The notes beneath the pieces are model-generated. The model was not told the DNA's origin, made no database searches, and saw only the letters and a list, made by a program, of their open reading frames with translations. 64,000 nt of DNA, from positions 224,001 through 288,000 of the forward strand of contig CAWFKQ010000016.1 of assembly GCA_963816395.1 (NCBI GenBank), in the 5' to 3' direction. Both the position numbers and the translations under genes were made by a program. Position 1 is the stretch's first letter. The number at the start of each line of letters is the position of its first letter. Below, one piece after another: positions 23,235-33,351 of the stretch. Source of the stretch: an uncultured delta proteobacterium (GTDB lineage: Bacteria; Desulfobacterota; Desulfuromonadia; Desulfuromonadales; JACZKF01).

Positions 23235-23708
23235 ATGGACATTCAGAGAACGATAGACGATATTGACCTCCAGATTCTGAACATCCTTCAGGAAAAGGCC
23301 CGCGTTCCGAACGCCGAGGTGGCGCGCCAGGTGGGGATGGCGCCCTCGGCGGTTTTGGAGCGCATCCGCAAACTGGAGGAGCGGGGGATCATCGAGGGAT
23401 ATGAAGTGCGCCTCAATCCGCGCCATTTCGGCCAGGGACTGGCGGCGTTCCTCCTCATCGAGGCCGAACCCGCCGGCAACGGGAAGCTTGGCGAAAGACT
23501 GGCGGCGGTCCAGGGGGTGCAGGAAGTTCACCAGGTAGCGGGCTCCGACGGCTATCTGGTCAAGGTCCGGGCAGCGGACGCCGAAAGCCTCGGGCGGCTG
23601 CTGCGCGAAGATTTTCTGGCCATCCCCGGCATCCGCACCACCCGCACGCAGATCGTGCTGAACACGGTGAAAGAGACGAGACAGATTAATCTGAATTATG
23701 AATTTTGA
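23235..23708 (+). CDS. Lrp/AsnC family transcriptional regulator
   Basis: DDIDLQILNILQEKAR..NAEVARQVG..PSAVLERIRKLEE.GII.GY. Confidence 0.95.
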   Translation: MDIQRTIDDIDLQILNILQEKARVPNAEVARQVGMAPSAVLERIRKLEERGIIEGYEVRLNPRHFGQGLAAFLLIEAEPAGNGKLGERLAAVQGVQEVHQVAGSDGYLVKVRAADAESLGRLLREDFLAIPGIRTTRTQIVLNTVKETRQINLNYEF

Positions 23709-23765
23709 ATTTTTAATTTTAAATTAAATTTCCATTCAAAATTCAAAATTCAGAATTCAAAATTT
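23690..23765. repeat. AT-rich heptamer inverted-repeat element
   Basis: (TGAATT[A/T])n then (AATTCAA)n; overlaps the Lrp stop codon. Confidence 0.85.
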
Positions 23766-23806
23766 CCCTTACCCTTTCCACCTATAACCAACCTTGGAGC
23801 ACCGCC

Positions 23807-25066
23807 ATGCCCATGTCCGATGCCTTTCAGCAGCGCCTCTTCCCTCATCTGGAGAAGATCGCCGCGCATTACGGCACCCCCTTCCACATCTATGACGAGG
23901 CGGGTATCCGCGCCACCGGCGAGGGGCTGAAGCAGGCTTTCGCCGGCATCGCCGGCTTCCGCGAGTATTATGCCGTCAAGGCCCTGCCCAATCTGCGCAT
24001 CCTGCAGCTGATGCAGGAGCTGGGGTTCGGTTTCGACTGCAGTTCCATCCCCGAACTGGTCATGAGCCGGCGCATCGGCGCCCGCGGCGAGGACATCATG
24101 TTCACCTCCAACAACACCAGCCGGGAGGAGTTTCTCGCCGCCGCGGCCGAGGGCGGCTGCATCCTCAACCTGGACGATCTCAGCCTGGTCCCGAAGGTGG
24201 CCGACTTTCCGGAGCTGGTCTGTTTTCGCTACAACCCGGGACCGCGGCGGACCGGCAACGTCATCATCGGCCACCCCGAGGAGGCCAAGTACGGCGTCTC
24301 CCACGAGCAGATCGTGGAAGCCTACCGGCAGGCCAGGGCGCGGGGGGCGAAGCGCTTCGGCCTGCACACCATGGTCGCCTCCAACGAGCGCGACTACACC
24401 TACATCGTGCAGACGGCGGTCATGCTGCTGGAACTGGTGGAGACAATCGGCAAGGAGCTGGACATCCGCTTCGATTTCGTCAATATCGGCGGCGGCCTGG
24501 GGATTCCCTACCGCCCGGGGGACGAGCCGCTGAACCTGCCGGCCATTGCCAGGGAGATCACCGCCCTGTTCGCCGACTTCCAGGAGAAGAACGGCTATGC
24601 GCCGCGGATGCTGATGGAGAGCGGCCGCTTCATGACCGGGCCGCACGGCTGCCTGGTGACCACGGCCATCAATCGCAAGGATATCTATCGCAAGTACATC
24701 GGCGTGGATGCCTGCATGTCGTCGCTGATGCGGCCGGCCCTCTACGGCGCCTATCACCATATCAGCGTTCCCGGCAAGGAGCACCTGCCCAAGTCAGAGG
24801 TCTGCGACGTGGTCGGTTCCCTGTGCGAGAACAACGACAAGTTCGCCGTCCAGCGGGAGTTGCCGCCCATCGCCGACGGCGACCTGCTGGTCCTGCACGA
24901 CACCGGCGCCCACGGCCACGCCATGGGCTTCCAGTACAACGGCCGGCTGCGCCCCAAGGAGCTGCTGCTGCGCGCCGATGGCAGCGTCGAGCTGATCCGG
25001 CGCGAAGAAACCCTGGAGGATTATCTTCGCACGCAGGATTTCCAGGCGGACCGGTTCACTCCATGA
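23807..25066 (+). CDS. lysA: Diaminopimelate decarboxylase
   Basis: YAVKA PLP lysine, GGGLG, ESGR, GSLCENND, GAHG..M...YNGR. Confidence 0.93.
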   Translation: MPMSDAFQQRLFPHLEKIAAHYGTPFHIYDEAGIRATGEGLKQAFAGIAGFREYYAVKALPNLRILQLMQELGFGFDCSSIPELVMSRRIGARGEDIMFTSNNTSREEFLAAAAEGGCILNLDDLSLVPKVADFPELVCFRYNPGPRRTGNVIIGHPEEAKYGVSHEQIVEAYRQARARGAKRFGLHTMVASNERDYTYIVQTAVMLLELVETIGKELDIRFDFVNIGGGLGIPYRPGDEPLNLPAIAREITALFADFQEKNGYAPRMLMESGRFMTGPHGCLVTTAINRKDIYRKYIGVDACMSSLMRPALYGAYHHISVPGKEHLPKSEVCDVVGSLCENNDKFAVQRELPPIADGDLLVLHDTGAHGHAMGFQYNGRLRPKELLLRADGSVELIRREETLEDYLRTQDFQADRFTP

Positions 25067-25097
25067 TTTGCGATTTGAGATTGCGAGTATTCAACGG

Positions 25098-25129
25098 CGG
25101 CCGGTCCCTGCGGGGAACCGGCCGTTTTT
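25098..25129 (+). terminator. Intrinsic terminator after lysA
   Basis: CGGCCGGT...ACCGGCCG hairpin followed by TTTTT. Confidence 0.75.
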
Positions 25130-25229
25130 CCAAGCCGCCGGGCAGATCCGGACCGACCTGCCGGCGGACATCTTCGGAGGAGTAGCACTGGCCGGGGGGA
25201 ACGGTCCCGCTCAAGGGAGGAGCGAAAAG

Positions 25230-27375
25230 ATGCGAGGGAAAACAACAAAGATCGTCCTGGCCTTCCTGCTGGTGGCCCTGGTCGGGGCCTTCTTCGCCTT
25301 CGACCTCGGCCAGTATCTCACCCTGGATTACCTCAAGGCGCGGCAGCTCGATTTCCAGCAGTTCTACGCCGCCCACCGGGCGCTGACCCTGGGCGCCTAC
25401 TTTCTCCTCTATGTCGCCGTCACCGCCCTCTCCCTCCCCGGCGCGGCCATCATGACGCTGGCCGGCGGGGCACTGTTCGGTTTTCTCCCCGCCCTGGTCG
25501 TCGTCTCCTTCGCCTCCACCCTCGGCGCCACCCTGGCCTTCCTGGTCAGCCGCTTCCTGCTGCGCGACTGGGTGCAGGCGCGCTTCGGCGAGCGGCTGCG
25601 GGCGATCAACGCCGGAGTGGAAAAGGAGGGGGCCTTCTACCTCTTCACCCTGCGCCTGGTGCCGATCTTCCCCTTTTTCGTCATCAATCTGGTGATGGGA
25701 CTCACCCCCCTGCGCCCCCTCACTTTCTACTGGGTCAGCCAGCTCGGCATGCTGGCGGGGACGGCGGTCTACGTCAATGCCGGCACCCAGCTCGGCCAGA
25801 TCCAGAGCCTCTCGGGAATTCTTTCTCCCGGGCTGCTCCTCTCCTTCGCCCTGCTCGGGGTCTTTCCGCTGATCGCCAGAAAAGGAGTGGATTTCATGAA
25901 ATCCCGGCGCGTCCTCAAGGACTTCCCCAAGCCGAAGAAGTTCGACTACAACGTGGTGGTCATCGGCGCCGGCTCGGCCGGGCTGGTGGCCTCGTACATC
26001 GCCGCGGCGGTCAAGGCGAAGGTGGCGCTGATCGAGAAAGACAGAATGGGGGGCGATTGCCTGAACACCGGCTGCGTGCCGAGCAAGGCGCTGATCCGCT
26101 CGGCGCGGATGCTCTCCTATTTCCGCCGGGCCGGGGAGTTCGGCATCCGCCAAGGCGGAGGTCGACTTCGATTTCGCCGAGGTGATGGAGCGGGTGCAGC
26201 GGGTCATCGGCAAGGTCGAGCCGCATGACTCCGTGGAGCGCTACACCTCCCTGGGGGTGGACGTCGTGCAGGGGGCGGCGAAGATCACTTCTCCCTGGAC
26301 CGTCGAAGTGAACGGCCGCACCCTGACCACCCGCGCCATCGTCGTCGCCACCGGCGCCTCCCCTCTGGTGCCGCCGATCCAGGGGCTGGATCAGATCGAT
26401 TATCTGACCTCGGACAACCTCTGGCAGCTGCGGGAGCTTCCGAAGCGACTGGTCGTCCTCGGCGGCGGCCCCATCGGCTGCGAGATGACCCAGGCCTTCG
26501 CCCGCTTCGGCTCCGCAGGTCACCCAGGTGGAGATGGGGCCGCGGATCATGCCCCGCGAGGACGAGGACGTCTCCGCATTCATCCGCCGGCGGTTCGAGG
26601 CCGAAGGGGTGCGGGTGCTCACCGGCCATGCAGCCAAGGAGGTCAAGGTCGAGGGCGGCCGGAAGATGCTGGTCTGCGAGACACGACGGATAGCCGGTGG
26701 AGGTCGAGTTCGACGCCATCCTGGTCGCCGTCGGGCGCAAGGCGAATACCAAGGGATTCGGACTGGAAGAGCTGGGGGTGAGCATCGAAAAGCGCGGCAC
26801 CATCGAGACCGATCCCTTCCTGCGCACCAATTTCCCGAACATCCTGTGCGCCGGCGACGTGGCCGGCCCCTACCAGTTCACCCACACCGCCGCCCATCAG
26901 GCCTGGTACGCGTCGGTCAACGCCCTGTTCGGCCAGCTCAAAAAGTTCCGGGTCGATTACCGCGTCATCCCCTGGTGCACCTTCACCGACCCCGAGGTGG
27001 CCCGGGTGGGCCTGAGCGAGGCCGAAGCCCGGGAGAAGAATGTGCGTTACGAGGTCGCCCGCTTCGAGCTGGCGGAACTGGACCGGGCCATCGCCGAGGG
27101 GGAGGAGCACGGCTGGGTCAAGGTGCTCACCCCGCCCGGCAAGGACAAGATCCTCGGGGCGACCATCGTCGGCGCCCACGCCGGCGACCTGCTGGCCGAA
27201 TTCGTCCTGGCGATGAAGCACGGCATCGGTCTGAACAAGATCCTCGGCACCATCCACGCCTACCCGACCCTGGCCGAGGCGAACAAGATGGCGGCCGGCG
27301 CCTGGAAGAAGGCAGCACGTGCCGGAGAAGCTCCTAGGCTGGGTGGAGCGCTACCACGCCTGGCGGAGGGGGTGA
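25230..27375 (+). CDS. TVP38/VTT membrane domain fused to a pyridine nucleotide-disulfide oxidoreductase, split by indels
   Basis: LRLVPIFPFFVIN VTT motif; GAGSAG, GGDCLNTGCVPSK, GGGPIG, HAYPT. Confidence 0.92.
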
Positions 27376-27424
27376 TCGCGCTGCCGGTCGCCGCCGCGGA
27401 AAGACAAACGTATGTGTAGAAGAG

Positions 27425-27530
27425 TTTCAACGCAAAGGCGCAAAGAACAGGGAAAGAACGCAAAGAAAGCGAAACGAAATTTGGAACCCCTTTGCGCCCT
27501 GTATTTACTCCTTTGCGGCTTTGCGTTAAA
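27425..27530. repeat. CGCAAAG-type inverted-repeat element
   Basis: AACGCAAAGGCGCAAAG...CGCAAAG / CTTTGCG...CTTTGCGGCTTTGCGTT. Confidence 0.85.
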
Positions 27531-27569
27531 TTATCGGTTCTCAACCGAAGCAGAAAGGAAGTAAAGCAG

Positions 27570-28534
27570 ATGGTTGCAGCATTCAAGGAACGTCTCCAGG
27601 AAATCAACCCCGGTTTCATCCGCTTCGAGAAACTGCAGACGCTGCAGGTCAATCTCGGCGACCAGTGCAACATGCGCTGCGCCCATTGCCATATCGGCGC
27701 CTCTCCGGCCGGAAGAAAGGTCATGGACCGGCCGGTCATCGACAAGATCGCCGAGACCATGGAGCGCATGCCGGGAATCACCCTGGATATCACCGGCGGC
27801 TGTCCCGGAGATGAATCCCGCATTTCCGCCGCCTGGTCGAGGCGACCGCCGCCCATTCCCCGCGCCGCATCGTGCGCAGCAATCTCACCATCCTGACCGA
27901 TGCCGGATTCGAGTGGCTGCCGGAGTTCTTCCGGGAGCAGCGTCTGGTGGTCACCGCTTCCCTCCCCTGCTACCTGGAGGAGAACGTCGATCGCCAGCGG
28001 GGTAAGGGAACCCACGCCCGCAGCCTCGCCGCCCTGCGCCGGCTGAACGCCCTCGGCTACGGGGACGAGCTGGAGCTGAACCTCGTCTACAACCCCGGCG
28101 GCGACTTCGTCCCCGGCTCCCAGCAGGATCTGGAGGAGGCTTACCGGAAGGAGCTGTCGGAGAAGTACGGCATCCGTTTCAACCACCTCTTCACCATCAC
28201 CAACGCCCCCATCGGGCGCTTCCGGGAATACCTGGAGTCCAAGGGGCTCTACGATCGCTACCTGCACCTGCTGGCCACCCGCTTCAACCCGGAGGCGGCG
28301 CAGAAACATCATGTGCCGCACCCTGATCAGCGTCGACTGGCAGGGATTTCCTCTACAACTGCGATTTCAATCAGGCGATCGGCTTGCCGATCACCGGCGC
28401 GGGACGGGGAGATCCTGAAGATCGAGGATCTGGAGACGGCGGCAAGGAGCGGCAAGGAACTTCTCCTTTCCGATCACTGCTACTGCTGCACCGCCGGGGA
28501 AGGATCGAGCTGCACCGGGGCGCTGGTGGCGTGA
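27570..28534 (+). CDS. arsS: ArsS-like radical SAM protein (DUF3641 Cys-rich C-terminus), split by indels
   Basis: LQVNLG..CNMRCAHCH, DITGG, ASLPCY, LNLVYNP, HCYCCTAGEGSSC. Confidence 0.85.
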
Positions 28535-28712
28535 AGGGAGAGGAGGACCGCCTGAAACAGCAGGGGGTGACGTGATTTCTCCTTTTGCCGAAAAGCTGAC
28601 TTACGGCTAACAAGGCCAATGCCTCTCCTTGTCCGTCCAGGAAAATGTGCTAGTCCTTTCCCTAGATCTGCAGAGGTAAGCCACAATTAACCCATCATCG
28701 GAGGCTGTGGTC

Positions 28713-29374
28713 ATGCTGGTCATCTTCGACGTCGTCGGGACTCTCTTTTCCCTGGACCGGGTCCGGGAAAGCATTCGGGAGCAAGGACTTCCGCCGGAGT
28801 TGCTCCCGTGGTGGTTCGGTCGCCTTTTGCAGACCGCCATGGCGGCCACCCTGGCGAGTCGCTATCTCCCCTTCCGGCAGGCGGCCGAGGCCAGCCTGAA
28901 GCAGGTCCTGACTGTTGCCGGCCGCCCGGAAACCTGGCCAAACCGATCCTGGAACAGATGAAGGAACTCGCCCCCTGGCCCGACGCCGCGGACTGCCTGC
29001 GGCGGCTGCGCGGTGCCGGGCATCGCCTGGTCGCTCTGACCAACAGCTCGGCCGAGGCGGCGGAAGGGCTTCTGGGTAAAGCGGGGCTGCGTGATTTCTT
29101 CGAACTGGCCCTCTCCACCGATGAGGCCGGCGCCTGCAAACCCGACCCGCGTCCCTACCGGCTGGCCCTGGAGCGTGCCGGCTTTGAACCCTCTGAAGCC
29201 TGCATGGTGGCGGCGCACGGCTGGGACATCCTGGGCGCCGATGCGGTCGGGATGCAGACGGTCTGGATCGAGCGCCTGGAAAAGCGCTGGCCGTTTCCGG
29301 GAGAACCGCCGGGCCGGATCGCCGCAGATCTCGCGCAAGTCCCGGAAGCTGTCCGCCTGATATCGGAAATCTGA
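28713..29374 (+). CDS. Haloacid dehalogenase type II-like HAD hydrolase, one indel
   Basis: FDVVGTL, LTNS, KPDPRPY, MVAAHGWDILGA. Confidence 0.88.
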
Positions 29375-29688
29375 TTGCGCAGGCCTGCTGGACCGGCACG
29401 GCGCGGTGGCTGGTTCCCGCTTCTTTCCTCCCCACCCGCTTCCTCGCCTTCCCCATTGCCGTCGTTCTTCCGCCGCTCCATCCCCGTCTGGGCACCGGTC
29501 ATCGCCAGGGTGCCGATGATCCCGCCGGTCAGGCGGCACAGAGGCCTTTTAGGCTTGGGCTCACGGTTTTTTTTCGCTCTGAACATGTCGCCTCCGAATG
29601 CAATTTTTTTGGAGTGCAGCTCAAACGGAAGCCCGGCATTCAGCGAGAAAAAAGTATTAGGTTATTCGAATATGTTTAAGGGTCGAGA

Positions 29689-29778
29689 GCGATCCGGTTC
29701 AGTCTCGGCCGGTCGACAACCTGGGAGGAGTTGGAAAAAGTGCTCGACCTTTTACAGGCCGCATTACCCGGGTACTGA
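29689..29778 (+). pseudogene. C-terminal remnant of a cysteine desulfurase (IscS/NifS family)
   Basis: AIRFSLGRSTTWEELEKVLDLLQAALPGY*, preceded in frame by TAA at 29677. Confidence 0.7.
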
Positions 29779-29780
29779 AG

Positions 29781-31070
29781 ATGGTTAAGAAATCTAAGTT
29801 GAAATCCGTGCCTACGAACTCGATCCGTCTCGGGCTGCGGGAGAACCTCGGCCAGTTCTCGCTGCTGGTACTCGTCAATGCTTTTGTCGGCGCCATGGTG
29901 GGTCTGGAGCGCAGCATCCTTCCGGCCATCGCCGAGCAGGAGTTCCATATCGCTGCACGGGCGGCGATTTTCTCTTTCATCATCGTTTTCGGCGTTACCA
30001 AGGCGCTGACCAACTACTTTGCCGGCCGCCTCTCCGACCGCTTTGGTCGCAAGCACGTGCTGGTGGCGGGCTGGCTGGTGGCTGTTCCCGTGCCGTTTTT
30101 TCTGATGTGGGCACCGGATTGGAACTGGGTGGTCGGTGCCAATGTGCTGCTCGGCGCGAGTCAGGGGCTGACGTGGTCCCTCACAGTCATCATGAAGATC
30201 GACCTGGTTGGCCCGAAGCAGCGCGGCCTGGCCATGGGGCTCAATGAATTCTCCGGCTATTTTGCGGTGGCGTGCAGCGCCCTGGCAACGGCCTGGATTG
30301 CAGTGCGCTGGGGGCTCAGGCCCGAGCCGTTCTATCTCGGCGTCGCCTATGTCGCGGCCGGCTTACTGCTTTCGGTGCTGGTCGTGCGGGAAACCCGCCA
30401 TCACGTGGCACACGAGGTGCGTGCCCACCGTCCGGCGGCAGGCACTTCTGGCCTCAGCCAGGGCGAGATCTTTCGCCGCACCTCTTTGACCGACCGCAAT
30501 CTCTCCAGCGTCAGTCAGGCTGGACTGGTCAACAATCTGAATGATGGAATGGCCTGGGGGCTGTTCCCGCTGGTTTTCGCCGCCGCCGGCATGAACCTGG
30601 CCCAGATCGGCACCCTCGTCGCGATCTATCCGGCGGTCTGGGGAATAGGGCAGATTTTTACCGGTGCCCTGTCCGACTGCATCGGTCGCAAATGGTTGAT
30701 CGTCTGGGGGATGTGGATACAGGCAGCCGGCATCATCGTGACGGCGCTGACGGCGCATTTCCTGTTTTTCGCGCTGGGTGGGGTGTTGCTCGGCGTCGGG
30801 ACGGCGATGGTCTATCCCACCCTGCTGGCCGCCATCGGCGATGTGGCCCATCCCTCCTGGCGCGCTTCCGCCGTCGGGGTCTACAGGCTCTGGCGTGATC
30901 TTGGCTACGCTGTGGGCGCGCTCTTGGCCGGCATCACTGCCGACCTCTTCGGTCTGGTGGCGGCAATGTGGCTGATCGCGGGACTGACCTGGTTGTCGGG
31001 CGTGATCGCCGCAAGGCGGATGAAGGAAACCCGGACCGGAGAAAAAAGAACGGCTCCCGGCACAGGCTGA
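29781..31070 (+). CDS. MFS transporter
   Basis: About 12 TM segments; GRLSDRFGRK motif A. Confidence 0.93.
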   Translation: MVKKSKLKSVPTNSIRLGLRENLGQFSLLVLVNAFVGAMVGLERSILPAIAEQEFHIAARAAIFSFIIVFGVTKALTNYFAGRLSDRFGRKHVLVAGWLVAVPVPFFLMWAPDWNWVVGANVLLGASQGLTWSLTVIMKIDLVGPKQRGLAMGLNEFSGYFAVACSALATAWIAVRWGLRPEPFYLGVAYVAAGLLLSVLVVRETRHHVAHEVRAHRPAAGTSGLSQGEIFRRTSLTDRNLSSVSQAGLVNNLNDGMAWGLFPLVFAAAGMNLAQIGTLVAIYPAVWGIGQIFTGALSDCIGRKWLIVWGMWIQAAGIIVTALTAHFLFFALGGVLLGVGTAMVYPTLLAAIGDVAHPSWRASAVGVYRLWRDLGYAVGALLAGITADLFGLVAAMWLIAGLTWLSGVIAARRMKETRTGEKRTAPGTG

Positions 31071-31159
31071 AGCGCATTGAAGGTTGCCCCGACGGCCGGG
31101 GACAGGGGGCGACTACACGCATTGATCGATCGCCGGATTGCGGGCCGCAGGCGCGGCGG

Positions 31160-33191
31160 CTAACTGTCCTCGCGCATCGCTGCCAGCGGCAAGGTGAAGT
31201 AAAACACGCTTCCCACCCCCGGCGCACTCTCCACCCGGACCTGACCGCGGTGGGCCTCGACCAGGCTGCGGGTGATGTAGAGTCCAAGTCCGACGCTGCC
31301 CGGTTTTTTCCCCCCTTTGGGAGGGTGAAAGCGGTCAAAGATATGGGGAAGGTCCTCCGGGTCTATGCCTTGGCCATGATCATGTACGGAGACAACCAGG
31401 AGCTTCCCGTCCTGCCGTGCCCGCACTTCCACGGGGCTGTCGGGAGGCGAAAATTTCAGGGCGTTGGTCAGCAGGTTGCTGAAAATGCGCTCCAGCCGCG
31501 CGGGGTCGGCCGCCACCGGCGGCAGCTCCGGCACCTCCGGGACGATCCGCGAAGCGTCCAGCGCGGTGGCGGACCTCCGGAGAAAATCGGCGAGGAACTG
31601 ATCCAGCCGAACCGGTTCCATCTCCAGTTTGATCTCTCCCCCTTCCAGGCGTGCCGCCTCGACCAGGTCCTCGATCATGCGGTGCATGCGCTCGGCGGCG
31701 GTCACGATAGCCTCGACATGGGGTTTCGCTTCCTCCTCCTGGAGCCGGCCGGTCAGGAGTTGAGCGTAGCCGAGAATGACGGTGAGCGGCGTGCGCAGGT
31801 CGTGGGAGATGGTGTGGATGTACATCTCGCGCTCCTGCTGGAGGTCATGCATGCCAGTGATATCGACAAAGGTGGTGACTGCGCCCATGATCTCCCCTTC
31901 CAGGCGGATCGGCGCGGCGCTGAAGCTCCCCCAGATCGTCCGGCCCGTAGGAAAGGAGAACTTCAGGATTTCGCCGAGAACCGTCTCTCCCCGCAAAGCG
32001 CGCTGTACCGGCCATTGCTCCATGGTGAGGAGGGTACCATCCGGGGACTCCACCCGCAGCCCGCTGATTCGTTCCATCATGGGCTTGGCCCGCAGCTCAG
32101 GGGGATAGGCGAGCAGTTTTTCCGCCGCCGGGTTCGCGCGAACGATTCCTCCTTCCTGATTGTAGATGATCAGGGGGGCGGCAATGGCCCTGATGGTGGC
32201 GTCCAGTTCCGCGGCCCACCGCTGCGACTTCTGCAGCAGGTGCTTTCGTTCCTCGGCGATCTCCCACCGCCCTCTTTGCGCCTGCAGGCGCTCGTCGGCC
32301 AAAGCGACGAAACGGGCCACGGTCAGGATGAAATCGACTTCCGCTTGGCTGTACTGATCGCGGCTTTTGCTGCCGAAAGAGAGAGTGCCGAGGAGGCGGC
32401 TTTCGACCAGCAGGGGAACGCAGTAGTAGGCGCGAAGGCCGAAACGCCGGGCCAGTTGTCACCTGCGCTTCGGCCGAATTCTGGATGTGGGTGGCATAAA
32501 TTGGCTGCCGCCTCTGGGCCGCCAGGCTGCAGATGGCCTTCCCCTTCCCGAGGCGGGAGATAAGGCGGGCCACATGCCCGGGGACGCCCTTCCAGGAGTC
32601 GAGCCGCAGGCTTCCGTCCTGCTCCAGGAAGTAATTGAAATAGGTGTGGAGATCGAGTTCCCCGGCGAGCATGTGAAAGGCGGCGGCGGCGGCATCGGCC
32701 GGCGTTTGCACCGCCAGCAACCGCCCAGCCAGTTCCGAGAGAAGCCCCAGACGCCGATTGCTTATATGCAGCGCCTGCTCCGTTCGCGCCAGTTCGGTCA
32801 CGTTTCGGCCGTAGAGATTGACATACCGCCGGGCAGAAACCGGCACGCAGAAAAAGGAGAACATCAGGTGGTCGGCACATTCGACCTGCACGTTGGTGGC
32901 CACTCCGGTGCGAAGTACCTCCAAGGCGGCGGTCAGTAACTCTTTGGGCAGCCGCTCCCCTGTCAGCCGCTTCTCCTGCTCCAGCAGGAGAACGGCGCGA
33001 CCGTTAGCGAATAGAACCTCCCCGCCCGGCCCCAGCCGCAGCAGCGGATCGGGGTTTTCCCGAGGAAACTGGGCGAGGCTGAGGATCTTCTGCACCCCTC
33101 GAGGAGTCCTCCCCAGGCGAACGCCGCGTCTTATCTGCCGACCCCCCTCATGCGCCGTGCCGGGCCGTGCGCTTCCATGTTTTCTCTTCAT
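31160..33191 (-). CDS. PAS/GAF sensor histidine kinase, one indel region
   Basis: QFPRENPDP PAS, GAF, PAS, SHDLRTPL, NLLTNALKF, GLGL. Confidence 0.88.
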
Positions 33192-33209
33192 CCCCCCCCC
33201 AAAAACAGG

Positions 33210-33247
33210 TAAGTTGGTTACCTCCTCATAAGTTGGTTACCTCCTCA
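33210..33247. repeat. Perfect 19-bp tandem duplication
   Basis: TAAGTTGGTTACCTCCTCA twice. Confidence 0.9.
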
Positions 33248-33351
33248 TTTTAGTTCAAAATTAGCGGCCCAAGGGTCGTGGGGAGCGAATTTGCAACAAA
33301 GAAGGCGACCAGGTCCAAAAACCATAAAACTTTTCTTAATTGCAGGGCGAT

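Noticed and set aside
28500..28534. Selenoprotein form of ArsS
   Set aside because: The relevant codon is TGC; the TGA comes after GALVA and is the normal stop
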